57,684 nt of DNA from assembly GCA_049512075.1 (NCBI GenBank), contig JBEKXL010000015.1, forward strand, positions 1-57,684, read 5' to 3'. Each line of letters begins with the position of its first letter. Position 1 is the stretch's first letter. The position numbers and the translations under genes were made by a program. A model generated the notes under the pieces. It ran no database searches. It was given only the letters and a program-made list of their open reading frames with translations, and had not been told where the DNA came from. Below, in pieces: positions 29,149 to 39,408 of this stretch. Source of the stretch: Candidatus Bathyarchaeia archaeon (GTDB lineage Archaea; Thermoproteota; Bathyarchaeia; Bathyarchaeales; Bathycorpusculaceae).

Positions 29149-29427
29149 CAGGTGACCTTCTTTACCGCTCAACTCGGGCTTTCTATTAGACTGAAACAGG
29201 CATCCTTTAAAACTTGATGGTTTGCATAGCATTGAGCCTGAGCACTCGCTGAACAAGAAACCGATTTCTGTGAAACCCGTGAAGACAACCAAGGCAAGCC
29301 CATGGAAAAGGTTAGACAAATCAGAAATGAGATAGAAGACAGAGTTAAGAAACTGATTTCAGAGGTTGCCGTATGACCAAAAAAGGCATTATAGAACTGA
29401 AATGGAGGGCGGTGTTGTATCTTGTTG

Positions 29428-30210
29428 TTAGCACACGCTTGTGCAACACGCAGGGTTGTCGTAGTAGTCTCTGCATACTCGAATCAGATTTTGGTCTTGT
29501 GTCAGCATGGCGACCTCATCGAACCAGTCCGATAGTGTTAGGAGTGTGCGCATATCGGTGATGACCATTCCGAGGGATTCAACCGATTGGTCGGACGAGC
29601 AACCTAACAAGCGTATTTTGCCCAGGTTTGAAGAGTCTTCTTTTTCAAAAATCTCCCGTGTCATGGCGATGTTTAATTTGACTTTGCGTTTCTCTTTCGC
29701 TTCTACCAATGATTCCTTCAGTCCAATTAGAACTGCCGGGTGTGAAATGAAAATGGTTATTTCTTTGCGTGCCGCTGCAACTAGCGTTTTCATTCTGTTG
29801 ATTATGTTCTTTTGTCCCCGGATGATGTAAGCTACTTCCAGTTCCTCCGGCTTTGCGGCACTCTCGTACACTGGCGTCAGCATGTCCACCAAAACGTCCG
29901 CTTCCCTTATTTTCTCATTGAGCCTTTCAGTCAGTTGCTGTTTCAGATTGGCGACAGCGTCCTTCGGTGCCATGGGCAGGTAAATATTTGGATTGCCTTT
30001 CTGAACTATGAGCATGCCTTTCTTAGAGAGCCCGTCCAGAGCGTAGTAAATTTTCGAGTCAGGGATACCCGTTTCCTTGCACAGTGCACTCGCCGTCATG
30101 TTGGAATGTGTCAAGAGCGTGAGGTAAATCAACGCCTCATGTGTTGGTAATTCTAGTTCTTTGAGTCGCGAAACTATTCGGTCTCTGGCGACGGTTTCCT
30201 TGAAGTTCAC
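29428..30210 (-). CDS. TrmB-family transcriptional regulator
   Basis: 'L..HEALIYLTLL...TAS.L..ETGIPDSKIY..L..L..KG' wHTH plus C-terminal effector domain. Confidence 0.88.
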   Translation of the reverse strand: MNFKETVARDRIVSRLKELELPTHEALIYLTLLTHSNMTASALCKETGIPDSKIYYALDGLSKKGMLIVQKGNPNIYLPMAPKDAVANLKQQLTERLNEKIREADVLVDMLTPVYESAAKPEELEVAYIIRGQKNIINRMKTLVAAARKEITIFISHPAVLIGLKESLVEAKEKRKVKLNIAMTREIFEKEDSSNLGKIRLLGCSSDQSVESLGMVITDMRTLLTLSDWFDEVAMLTQDQNLIRVCRDYYDNPACCTSVC

Positions 30211-30295
30211 AATTGCTTCCTCCTACTCCTAGTAAGGAGTTGTCAGAGAATCCTTAAATAGTTTTCTACTACCATTGCGTAGTAGATACCAATAA

Positions 30296-30556
30296 ATGGA
30301 GAGATCTGAAATGGAAACAAAAGAAGACCAGCACGATACCCAACTTGAGAATGAACGCGGGCACAGACTCAGGAGCCGCGCCATCGACCAGCTCGCCATT
30401 GGATCCGTAGTAGCTCTATGGGGCATCCTCTTGACACTGAAGCAAGTTGGAATAATAGACAAGAACGTGAGCACCTGGCCTATTGCCTTGGCGGCCTTCG
30501 GCATACTGCTCGTGGCTGGTGGCATCTACAGATGGAGCAGATCGAGAAATCTGTGA
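30296..30556 (+). CDS. Small membrane protein (LiaF/DUF5668-like)
   Basis: 'G.VVALWGILLTL...G...TWPIALAAFGILLV'; divergent from trmB. Confidence 0.6.
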   Translation: MERSEMETKEDQHDTQLENERGHRLRSRAIDQLAIGSVVALWGILLTLKQVGIIDKNVSTWPIALAAFGILLVAGGIYRWSRSRNL

Positions 30557-30683
30557 GAAAGTGGTTCGCTCGGAAAAGTAAGTGACAGGACATGGTAAAA
30601 GTGGAATGTGCAAGCAAGAAAGAAGAAAAAGTAAAGAAAAAAGTGCAAGCTGATTGAAAAAAACAACACGGAGGTGATATGCT

Positions 30684-30980
30684 ATGGAAGACAAAATCAA
30701 ATTGTTGATCGCGGTTGGAGCTTCTGTTACGGCAAATTGCATACCTTGTCTTAAAACCGCTGTTACTCAGGCTGAGTCAGTAGGAGTGGATAAGAAAGAA
30801 ATCCTCGAAGCAATTGCGATAGGGAGAGTTGTCAGAAAGGGTGCATTTGGCAAGATGGACAAATTCGCCTCAACCCTAACCGGAAAGAATGTGGGCAACT
30901 CAGACGAATGTCCATTCGGCTCAACAGAAGAGGAAGTCAAAGAATGGGTAGAACAAGACGATCAATGTGGTTGCACTTGA
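30684..30980 (+). CDS. Carboxymuconolactone decarboxylase / AhpD-like protein
   Basis: 'LIAVGASVTANCIPCL...A...GV...EILEAIAIG..VRKG'; Cys-rich tail; GGAGGTGA RBS. Confidence 0.82.
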   Translation: MEDKIKLLIAVGASVTANCIPCLKTAVTQAESVGVDKKEILEAIAIGRVVRKGAFGKMDKFASTLTGKNVGNSDECPFGSTEEEVKEWVEQDDQCGCT

Positions 30981-31056
30981 AAGATTGATCCCTTGAAGAC
31001 TTCACTCAGGATGGGTTAAATAACGCGTATAATTCATCATGTGGGAGGTGCGTAGT

Positions 31057-31893
31057 GTGAAAGAAGAAAAATTAAAGAAAATAGTTCGAGACGGCTATGC
31101 AAAGATAGCTAAGAAAGAGAAAACCCCTGCGAGCTCTCTGGCTTCCTGCTGCTCTAATACCTCAGACATGAGCAAGGATATTAGCAGAAGAATAGGCTAC
31201 AGCGAAAAAGAAATAGGCTCAGTTCCAGTAGGCGCAAACCTGGGTCTAGGATGCGGCAACCCCGTTGCTTTAGCTTCCCTGGAAAAAGGACAAACCGTTC
31301 TAGACCTCGGTTCGGGGGGAGGGTTTGACTGTTTTCTGGCAGCTAACAGAGTCGGCAAGAGTGGCAAGATCATCGGCGTGGACATGACCGCCGAAATGAT
31401 TGACAAGGCCAGAGAAAACGCAAGAAAAGGCAAGTACGAAAACGTTGAGTTCAGGCTCGGAGAAATCGAGAACCTACCCGTGGCAGACGGAAAAGTGGAC
31501 GTTGTAATCTCAAACTGTGTAATCAACCTCTCACCGAACAAGAAACGCGTGTTCGAAGAAGCCTTCAGAGTTCTGAAGCCGAACGGAAGACTAATGGTCT
31601 CAGACATTGTTCTGCTGAAGAAGCTTCCCGAAATCATAAGAAAAAACGTTCAGGCATACATCGGATGCCTCTCAGGCGCCGAAATGAAAGACAGATACCT
31701 CCAAATGATAAGAGAGGCGGGCTTTCAAGAAGTCAAAATCATCGAAGAAAACTACTTCCCAGTCGAAAACATGGCGAACGATCCAACCGCACAAGCAATC
31801 GCCAAAGCCAAAGAAATCCCCGCAGAAAAACTCAAGAAAATCGCAAACACCGTCGCAAGCGTAAAAGTCACTGGCGTTAAGCCCAAGAATTGA
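31057..31893 (+). CDS. arsM: Arsenite methyltransferase
   Basis: SCC, NLGLGCGNP, LDLGSGGGFDCF, VISNCVINL, GCLSGA. Confidence 0.9.
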   Translation: MKEEKLKKIVRDGYAKIAKKEKTPASSLASCCSNTSDMSKDISRRIGYSEKEIGSVPVGANLGLGCGNPVALASLEKGQTVLDLGSGGGFDCFLAANRVGKSGKIIGVDMTAEMIDKARENARKGKYENVEFRLGEIENLPVADGKVDVVISNCVINLSPNKKRVFEEAFRVLKPNGRLMVSDIVLLKKLPEIIRKNVQAYIGCLSGAEMKDRYLQMIREAGFQEVKIIEENYFPVENMANDPTAQAIAKAKEIPAEKLKKIANTVASVKVTGVKPKN

Positions 31894-31930
31894 AGGACAA
31901 AAAGGCCAATATGGAGCGCGAGCTAGTTGC

Positions 31931-32395
31931 TTATCTCTCTCTTCGGAGGAAGTCGCCTATGTCCAGAATGTTCTCTACCGCTGGACCTCTTCTTTTTCTG
32001 TCCAGATTACGCAGTATCTTGCCGAAGCCTAGGCACTCACCATATGAGTTTAGGACCAATATGTAGTCACCCTTTTTCGTCGAACCTGCCACTTTCGTTA
32101 TTCCTTGTTCGAATACGTCTCTTCCGCAGATGAATAGCCATTCCGCCTTTTTTTCGATATTTATTCTGCTTGCTTTTTTCTGTGCAACCATATTCAGCAG
32201 ATTGAAGCTTGGAAAGAATTTTCCATCTTTGACTCTTCCCAAGTAGGTTCCTGCATAGTAGAAGCCTTCCGACGTCAATCGCTTGACATTCTCACTTAGG
32301 AGGAAGTATCGACCCTGCTTTTTCACGATGAAATTTTCATCAAAGGTAATCTGCGTTCCGAAGCGGCTTACAAAATCGTCTAAAGGCTTGATCAT
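31931..32395 (-). CDS. NIP7-like PUA-domain ribosome biogenesis protein
   Basis: 'AGTYLG', 'KAEWLFICGRDVF', 'NILDIGDFLRRE'; overlaps the NOP2-family gene. Confidence 0.78.
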   Translation of the reverse strand: MIKPLDDFVSRFGTQITFDENFIVKKQGRYFLLSENVKRLTSEGFYYAGTYLGRVKDGKFFPSFNLLNMVAQKKASRINIEKKAEWLFICGRDVFEQGITKVAGSTKKGDYILVLNSYGECLGFGKILRNLDRKRRGPAVENILDIGDFLRRER

Positions 32396-33282
32396 GCAGC
32401 CTTCCGCCGTTTCAGTTTACACACAAAGAACCCCTGCGTGTGTCCTGGCCAGATTCGCCTGCACTTTTCTATTGAACTATCCAAGCATTTCCCGAAAACG
32501 TCTGTCAGAGCCCTCTGTCCATGACAGCTGATTTCTTCCACTTGAAGGTCAAGGTTTCTTATGGCCCAGTCAATGTTTAACTCGTCTTCTTCAGGCTCCA
32601 AGGAACAGGTCGAATACACTATTTCACCATCGTCTTTTAGAACCTTAACTGTTTTAGCCAGTATCTCTCTTTGAAGCCCCGCGTTTCTTTCTACATCCTT
32701 GATAGTTCTTCTATTGAACCAGTTTTTGTCTGCCGCGAAGTTCCCTGAGCAGGGCATGTCGAGAAGTATTCGGTCAAAACCCACTCTCAATTGAGAGACT
32801 TGTCTTGAATCCAAGAAGTAGACCACTGTATTCTTGACGCGGCATCGTTCTAGTTGGTTTGTCAACGCTGTCAGCCTTTGTCTTCTGATGTCTAGAGCGA
32901 CTATTGCGCCTGTGTTGTGCATTGAATCGGCCAGTTGCACGGTTTTTCCTCCGGGAGCTGCACAGGCGTCCAACACGGTTTTGTTTTCTAGTTCTGTGAA
33001 CAGGGTGACTGGTATTTGAGCCGCTGCCTCTTGAATTGAGTAAAGGCCCCGGAGGTATTCTGATGTCGCTCCGACCGAGAATTTTGCTTCACAAACCCAG
33101 TAGCCGTGGTCGAGGAAAGAAACCTTTTCAAGCGCTATTCCAATAGACTGTAGCCTCTGCAGGATGGCTGATGTTTTGTCTACGTTTATTGTGTTTATCC
33201 TTAGTGCACGTCTAGGTGTGACGTCTTCGTATTTCCAGCCTAGTTCTTGGTAGCGATTTATGAAGAAATTCTTGCTAGACAT
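32392..33282 (-). CDS. RsmB/NOP2-family RNA m5C methyltransferase
   Basis: LDACAAPGGKT, DRILLDMPCSG, VYSTCSL.PEEDE, GFFVCKL. Confidence 0.92.
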   Translation of the reverse strand: MSSKNFFINRYQELGWKYEDVTPRRALRINTINVDKTSAILQRLQSIGIALEKVSFLDHGYWVCEAKFSVGATSEYLRGLYSIQEAAAQIPVTLFTELENKTVLDACAAPGGKTVQLADSMHNTGAIVALDIRRQRLTALTNQLERCRVKNTVVYFLDSRQVSQLRVGFDRILLDMPCSGNFAADKNWFNRRTIKDVERNAGLQREILAKTVKVLKDDGEIVYSTCSLEPEEDELNIDWAIRNLDLQVEEISCHGQRALTDVFGKCLDSSIEKCRRIWPGHTQGFFVCKLKRRKAA

Positions 33283-33339
33283 TGATGATAGTTTACGATG
33301 CTGTTCATAAAAACTTGGTGTTGGGGCACCGATGTAGAC

Positions 33340-36114
33340 TCACTTCGTCAGTCTTCTTGTGAACCACTTCCTGATTTCTTCGACGAAGACTATAATGACT
33401 GCGAGAGACGCTAGGAACGCCCATTCAAACGGCCCTAAGGGTGCTGTGCCAAAAAGCGCTTGCATTGGTGGAGCGTATATCAGAAGAGATATTATGGATA
33501 TTTGGGAGGCTATGCCGAGCCATATCCACTTGTTGCTTGTGAGGCTTGTTTTGAAGATGGAAACTTTGTTCGTTCTGCTTGCCAAGACGTTGCCAACCTG
33601 GGCTATCACGATGCCAGCAAAGGTCATTGTGGTACCTGTGGCGTAGATAATCGGATTTTGAGCGACCCAATTATTGCGCTCGACCACAGACATTCCGAGG
33701 TGCCAGCCTCCTGCTGACCAAGTGATGAGGCACCCGATCATTGCGCCCGTGGCGATAATCGCGCCTATGTACAGGGAGCGGAGAAAAACCTTTGTGCTAA
33801 ACAATCGTTCTTTAATGCTCCGTGGCCGTTCCTGCATTATGCCGACTTCTGGCGGTTCTCGGCTCAGAGCCAAGGATGGAATTACTTCAATTCCCAAGTC
33901 TATGGCTAGGATTTGGGCGACAAGCAGTGGAAGAGGCAAGCCCAGCACGACGTAGAGGACAAAGGGAATCAGTTCGGCCCAGTTGTGGGCGAAAACGTAC
34001 ACGATGAACTTCCTCAGGTTCTCGTAGATTGTCCGTCCAGACTCTACCGCCTTGACGATTGAGGCGAAACTGTCGTCCAGCAGAACCATATCCGCAGCTT
34101 CTCTTGCCACATCTGTTCCTGAAACGCCCATGGCTACTCCTATGTCAGCTTCTTTCAACGAGGGAGCATCGTTTGCTCCATCTCCTGTTACGGCCACGAT
34201 TTCACCATTCTGTTTGAGAGCTTTCACTATCCGAAGTTTCTGTTCGGGTGAAACCCTTGCAAAAATGACGTTTTCTTTCCTGACCTCTTCCGAGATTTGT
34301 TCGTCCGTAATCGCTTCCATGTCGATGCCGCGGATTATGCGGCATTTATTTGGATCCACTATGTCCACTTCTCGAGCTATGGTCTGAGCCGTCGGACCAT
34401 AATCTCCAGTTATTATGACAATCTTTATTCCGGCCTTTTTTGCCACGGTCACCGCATTCTCCACTTCTGGGCGAGGTGGGTCTTTCATGGCAATAAGCCC
34501 CACCAGAACCATGTCTCTTTCAACATTTCTAGCCTTGAAAGCGCCATTCGCTGGCAGCTCTGAGTAAGCCACGGCTATGACGCGAAGACCTTCTTCTGCG
34601 AACTCCCGAATTCTTGTCTCGGCAGCGTTGAGATATTCTTTGGTCAGGTTTTCCACATTGTCCTCAACCAACACCCTGTTGCATATGGAGAGGATGCTTC
34701 TAGGCGCGCCTTTCGTGTAAGCACAGATAGTGTGGTCATACTTGTGAATCGTCGTCATCCTTTTTCTCCGCGAGTCAAAAGGTATGACGTTGTGAATTGG
34801 CTTCTGTGCCAGCAAGCTCTGCGGGTTTAGCCCGTACTTTATGGCGGCTACGAGTAATGCACCGTCTGTTGGGTCTCCTACGATGCTCCAGGATCTGTTC
34901 CTGTCTGAAGGCGGCTCGAGCTTGGCACTGTTGCAGAGGGCCGAGATTTCCAAGAGTTTCTCAACCGTGCCGGATTCTTCCTTTTCCAAAGGCTTGCCGC
35001 TGTTCACAAAATCGCCCGCGGGATTGTAGCCGACCCCTGAAACATCTACAATCCTATCTGGAACCCACATTTTCGTGGCGGTCATTTCGCCCTTCGTAAT
35101 CGTTCCTGTTTTGTCGGTGCATATCACGGTTACGCTGCCGAGCGTCTGAACTGCCGACAAACGCTTCACTAGAACGTTTTCTCGCACCATCTTCAATACG
35201 TTAATTGCCAAGACGCTGGACACGGTGACCTGCAACCCTTCTGGAACTAATGCCACCATCACGCCTATCATGAACAGGATGGCAGTGACGAGTAAAACGT
35301 GAAGCAATGTCAAACTTACGAAGAAGAATGCGATACCCACGGTTATGGCTAGAATGAAGTCGTATCTTGCAGCGTAGGCAATCTCTTTCTGTAAGGGACT
35401 CGCCTCTTCCTTTATCTCCTGTGTAAGCCCGGCGATCTGCCCGAACTTCGTTTCCATACCTGTTTTGACTACGACTGCTTTGCCTTGACCCGTGGCAACG
35501 CTTGTGCTCATGAAAACGAGGTTGGAGACATCAAGGTAAGTGGAGTCTACAGTTTTGATAGCTTTGGTCGTTCGGGGCTGCGGCTCAGATTCGCCCGTTA
35601 ACGGAACATTGTTAGTCCACAGATCGAAGGCTTCTACCAACCGCGCATCTGCAGGAACCCGGTCACCCTCTTCAAGGACGATAAGATCGCCTGGAACCAA
35701 ATCTCTTACCAGAATCTTCTTCAGTTCCCCGTCTCGGATGACCTTGGCATACTCGGGCATCCAGCTCTTCAGGGTTTCCATCGCTTTTTCCGCACGCCAT
35801 TCTTGGAAAAGGCTGAACAAAGCGTTTACAAGGACCACGGCAAAGATTATGGCGCTTGTCTCCCACATGCTGAAGTTGTTTTCCCATATGGCATCCACCG
35901 CGGCAAGCAGACTCGCAAAAAGCAGCAACACGCCAAACAAGTCTTTGAGTTGCCCCAGAAACTTGTAGAGTATCGAGACGTGTTTCTTCTCGACTAGTAT
36001 GTTAAGACCGTGCTCGGCAAGTCGTCTCTTGGCCTCTTCACTGGTCAATCCTGCAGGTGAGGTTTTCAGAACCTCGAAGACCTCTTTGACATGCAGAGTC
36101 GCAGCATCCTTCAA
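33340..36114 (-). CDS. Cation-transporting P-type (type II) ATPase
   Basis: LTGES, VPEGL, DKTGT, KGAP, ITGD, TGDGANDAPSLK. Confidence 0.95.
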   Translation of the reverse strand: MKDAATLHVKEVFEVLKTSPAGLTSEEAKRRLAEHGLNILVEKKHVSILYKFLGQLKDLFGVLLLFASLLAAVDAIWENNFSMWETSAIIFAVVLVNALFSLFQEWRAEKAMETLKSWMPEYAKVIRDGELKKILVRDLVPGDLIVLEEGDRVPADARLVEAFDLWTNNVPLTGESEPQPRTTKAIKTVDSTYLDVSNLVFMSTSVATGQGKAVVVKTGMETKFGQIAGLTQEIKEEASPLQKEIAYAARYDFILAITVGIAFFFVSLTLLHVLLVTAILFMIGVMVALVPEGLQVTVSSVLAINVLKMVRENVLVKRLSAVQTLGSVTVICTDKTGTITKGEMTATKMWVPDRIVDVSGVGYNPAGDFVNSGKPLEKEESGTVEKLLEISALCNSAKLEPPSDRNRSWSIVGDPTDGALLVAAIKYGLNPQSLLAQKPIHNVIPFDSRRKRMTTIHKYDHTICAYTKGAPRSILSICNRVLVEDNVENLTKEYLNAAETRIREFAEEGLRVIAVAYSELPANGAFKARNVERDMVLVGLIAMKDPPRPEVENAVTVAKKAGIKIVIITGDYGPTAQTIAREVDIVDPNKCRIIRGIDMEAITDEQISEEVRKENVIFARVSPEQKLRIVKALKQNGEIVAVTGDGANDAPSLKEADIGVAMGVSGTDVAREAADMVLLDDSFASIVKAVESGRTIYENLRKFIVYVFAHNWAELIPFVLYVVLGLPLPLLVAQILAIDLGIEVIPSLALSREPPEVGIMQERPRSIKERLFSTKVFLRSLYIGAIIATGAMIGCLITWSAGGWHLGMSVVERNNWVAQNPIIYATGTTMTFAGIVIAQVGNVLASRTNKVSIFKTSLTSNKWIWLGIASQISIISLLIYAPPMQALFGTAPLGPFEWAFLASLAVIIVFVEEIRKWFTRRLTK

Positions 36115-36416
36115 AAATACCCTCTCTCCTTAAAATCGTTTTCAACTCGGATGCGTTAAGGTCCTTTAGAACAGTTGTCTCTGGTCAGGCAGTCAGCTAA
36201 GAAAACGTGCGGCAACAAAATGTTGCTTGTTTGTGCCAAAATGGTTAGAACATACATCTAGATCAGCCTGTTGAGACCTTGCTACTCTGCGAATCTGCGC
36301 ATCTTTGCGTTGATCACCGATATTTTGTTGTTTACAATGACTAGCCCTTACATTTAAACTAATCGGACAATCGTGGACTGTTTTGTTCTGAGAAGTCTTA
36401 AATGTAGAAGTGGCTT

Positions 36417-36902
36417 ATGTTGGTTGTTGCGCGGGTGGTAGGGATGGGTGGAAAACAGGCTTTTGTAATGATGATTCAAAACAGATGGTGGAATGAATTT
36501 TGCCGTCGCAATCATGAGGGAAGAATGACTCATTCATTCGTGCTCAGAGGAATAGCCCCGCCCAAGGATGCTTCGACGGTTCTATTCTATGTAACCAAGC
36601 CAGTGGGTGAAATTGCCGGGTACGCCGACTTCATCGAGCGAAAAGTTGGGGACGCTGACAGACTGTGGAAGGAGCATGGCGATGAGTCGGTGTTGAGCTC
36701 AAAGGAGAAATACGATGGTTTCGTCAAGGATTCGCAGAGAGTGTCTTTCGTCAGGTTCAAGGATTTGCACGAGGCAGCCAGGACTATCCCACTTAGCCAT
36801 GTTCTAATGTCTCTTGGAGTCAGAAGACTAGGCAGGAAAGGTTTTTACATTGATAGGGAAATTGAGGACAAGTTTGTGGCGTTGATGAAGGAAAGAACCT
36901 AG
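36417..36902 (+). CDS. PUA-like (ASCH/EVE/DUF365-like) hypothetical protein
   Basis: 'VLFYVTKPVGEIAGYADF....GD...LW..HG'; start may be ATG 36444. Confidence 0.6.
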   Translation: MLVVARVVGMGGKQAFVMMIQNRWWNEFCRRNHEGRMTHSFVLRGIAPPKDASTVLFYVTKPVGEIAGYADFIERKVGDADRLWKEHGDESVLSSKEKYDGFVKDSQRVSFVRFKDLHEAARTIPLSHVLMSLGVRRLGRKGFYIDREIEDKFVALMKERT

Positions 36903-37085
36903 TAGTACAACCAAATCTGTTTCCAACGGCATTGATGAAACGAATGGCACAAAGTTAATAGGTCGCTTTTTTTACATCCATGTAGCTCATCTTTAGGCAG
37001 TGGAAACCTAGAATGTTCGAAATGTCAAAGGCAACTCCTTTACAGATATTCATGAGTTTTTCGCTACCGCAGGGAAGGTTTGATT

Positions 37086-39302
37086 ATGGTACGCTACAGG
37101 CAAGTTGAAGAAATTCAGAAGCTGATGAATTATCCGGAAATGATTAGAAACACTAGCATTATTGCTCACGTTGATCACGGTAAGACGACGCTTTCAGACA
37201 GCCTCTTGGCCGCGGCTGGAATAATCAGTGAACAGAGGGCGGGACAACAGCTTGCACTCGACTCTTGGGAACTTGAACAGAAGAGACAGATGACCGTTTT
37301 TGCCTCCAACATTAGCTTAGCTCACAATTTCCAAGGAAAGGATTATCTGATAAACCTCATCGACACTCCTGGACACATTGACTTCAGCGGCGCAGTCACA
37401 AGAAGCCTCCGAGCAGTAGACGGCGCCCTTGTCGTTGTTGACGCAGTTGAGGGCCCTATGACTCAGACGGAAACGGTCCTGATGCAAGCCCTGCGCGAAA
37501 GGGTTAAACCCATTCTTTTCATAAACAAGGTTGACAGGCTCATAAAAGAAATAAAACTGACGCCTGACGACATTCAGAAGAAATTCGCAAAAATCATCAC
37601 GAAAGTCAACACTCTCATCGAAAAGTATGCGCCGCCTGAGCACAAAAAGGACTGGCAGGTCAAAGTTGAAGACGGCGCCGTCGCCTTCGGTTCAGCCCTC
37701 CACAAGTGGGGCTTAAACCTGCCACACATGAAGGCGAAAGGCGTGACATTCGCAGAAATCATCGACGCCTACACCGGAGAGCACGAGGAGGTTACCAGAA
37801 AGGTTGACGCCCTGAGCAAGAAGGCTCCAGTGCAGGACCCTATCCTGGACATGTTCATTGAGCACTTGCCAAACCCGATAGAGGCTCAGCCTTACAGGCA
37901 GAGTCAGATTTGGCCTGGCGACGCAAACGGCGTTGTGGGCGAGGGGATGGCCAAGGTTGACCCCAAGGGTCCGCTTCTGATGTGCGTGTCAACGATTGAG
38001 GTTGACACTCACAGTGGAGTTGTGGCCATCGGACGTGTTTTCAGCGGCACGGTGGAAAAGGGAAAGCTCGTTCAACTCATAACCAGCAGACAGAAGGGCA
38101 CGATTCAACAGGTTTACATGAGCATGGCCGCTGACCGAGTGATAATCGACAAAGTTCCCGCCGGCAACATCGCTGCCCTCTCTGGTCTGCCTTCGATCCA
38201 CGTGGGCGAGACCGTTGCAGAGGATGGTGTGGAGACGCAGGCGTTTGAAGGGTTGAAGTACGTTTCAGACCCTGTGGTAACGGTGGCTGTTGAACCTGCC
38301 GACGTCAAAGACTTGCCACTTTTCGACAAGGTAGTGCACAAATTGACGACTGAAGACCCTAACCTGCACTTCCTGATAAACAAGGAAAGCGGAGAATATC
38401 TGCTCAGTGGCATGGGTGAGCTTCACTTGGAAATAACGGCTTATCGCATGCAGGAAGCCAACCTGAAAGTGAAAATTAGCAAGCCAATCGTAATCTACCG
38501 CGAGACTATCAGCCATGACCTTAAGGGTCCGGCGATAATGGGCAAGAGCCCTAACAAGCACAACAAGCTTTGGGTGACGATGGAGAAGTTGCCGGACGAC
38601 GTGGTTGAAGCAATCAAGCTTGGAAAAATCAGTGAAATGCAGGCACGCGATGAGAGGCAGAAGATTCTTAAAGGGTTCGGCTGGTCGACGGATGACGCAC
38701 GCAACGTCGTGGCTATTGAAGGCAACAATCTTCTTGTCAACAGAATCAAGGGAAGACAGTACGTTGAAGAAATAATGGACCACATAAAATCGGGTTTCAG
38801 AGAAGCAGTGTTCACGTCTGTTTTGGCAAAGGAACCTGCGTACGGCTTGAAGATAAACCTGGAAGATGTGACGGTTCATGAAGACCCGGCGCACCGCGGT
38901 CCAGCGCAGATATTGCCCATGACTTGGCGTCCGATATGGTGCGCCTTTCTCCTCAGCGACCCTAAGCTTCTGGAGCCGCTGATAAGTTTCGATTGCAAGG
39001 TTCCCAACCAGTTCGTGAGCAGCGTCATAGCCATAGTTCAGAAGCGCCGAGGCAAAATATTAGACATGACCAACGAGGAAGACATGATAATCGTCAAAGC
39101 AGAAATGCCAGTGTCCGAATCGTTCGGCCTAGCTGAAGAACTGCGGTCCTCCACGGAGGGCAGAGCGTTCTGGGCTACGCAATTCAGCCGTTGGGCTCCG
39201 GTTCCAGAACAGATGAAAGATGAAATAATAAAGCAAATACGCGAACGCAGAGGTTTATCACCGACACCGCCGAGACCTGAAGAATTCTTCGAAGAAGCAT
39301 AG
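37086..39302 (+). CDS. fusA: Archaeal elongation factor EF-2 (possibly a paralog)
   Basis: AHVDHGKTTLSD, DTPGH, NKVD, GMGELHLE, SPNKHN, diphthamide loop HEDPAHRG; T-tract after the stop. Confidence 0.93.
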   Translation: MVRYRQVEEIQKLMNYPEMIRNTSIIAHVDHGKTTLSDSLLAAAGIISEQRAGQQLALDSWELEQKRQMTVFASNISLAHNFQGKDYLINLIDTPGHIDFSGAVTRSLRAVDGALVVVDAVEGPMTQTETVLMQALRERVKPILFINKVDRLIKEIKLTPDDIQKKFAKIITKVNTLIEKYAPPEHKKDWQVKVEDGAVAFGSALHKWGLNLPHMKAKGVTFAEIIDAYTGEHEEVTRKVDALSKKAPVQDPILDMFIEHLPNPIEAQPYRQSQIWPGDANGVVGEGMAKVDPKGPLLMCVSTIEVDTHSGVVAIGRVFSGTVEKGKLVQLITSRQKGTIQQVYMSMAADRVIIDKVPAGNIAALSGLPSIHVGETVAEDGVETQAFEGLKYVSDPVVTVAVEPADVKDLPLFDKVVHKLTTEDPNLHFLINKESGEYLLSGMGELHLEITAYRMQEANLKVKISKPIVIYRETISHDLKGPAIMGKSPNKHNKLWVTMEKLPDDVVEAIKLGKISEMQARDERQKILKGFGWSTDDARNVVAIEGNNLLVNRIKGRQYVEEIMDHIKSGFREAVFTSVLAKEPAYGLKINLEDVTVHEDPAHRGPAQILPMTWRPIWCAFLLSDPKLLEPLISFDCKVPNQFVSSVIAIVQKRRGKILDMTNEEDMIIVKAEMPVSESFGLAEELRSSTEGRAFWATQFSRWAPVPEQMKDEIIKQIRERRGLSPTPPRPEEFFEEA

Positions 39303-39408
39303 AACGAGAGCAAGTCACGCCTTTTTTAGGCGCCTATTTCTCCCTTTTTCCTTGAATTTTCAGTAAACCTTATTGATTTTGAGGGGCATAAGACTGTAAT
39401 GGGTTATT

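Noticed and set aside
30592-30657. 21-aa Lys/Glu-rich micro-ORF before the AhpD-like gene
   Set aside because: A-rich low-complexity sequence; too short to support without expression data.
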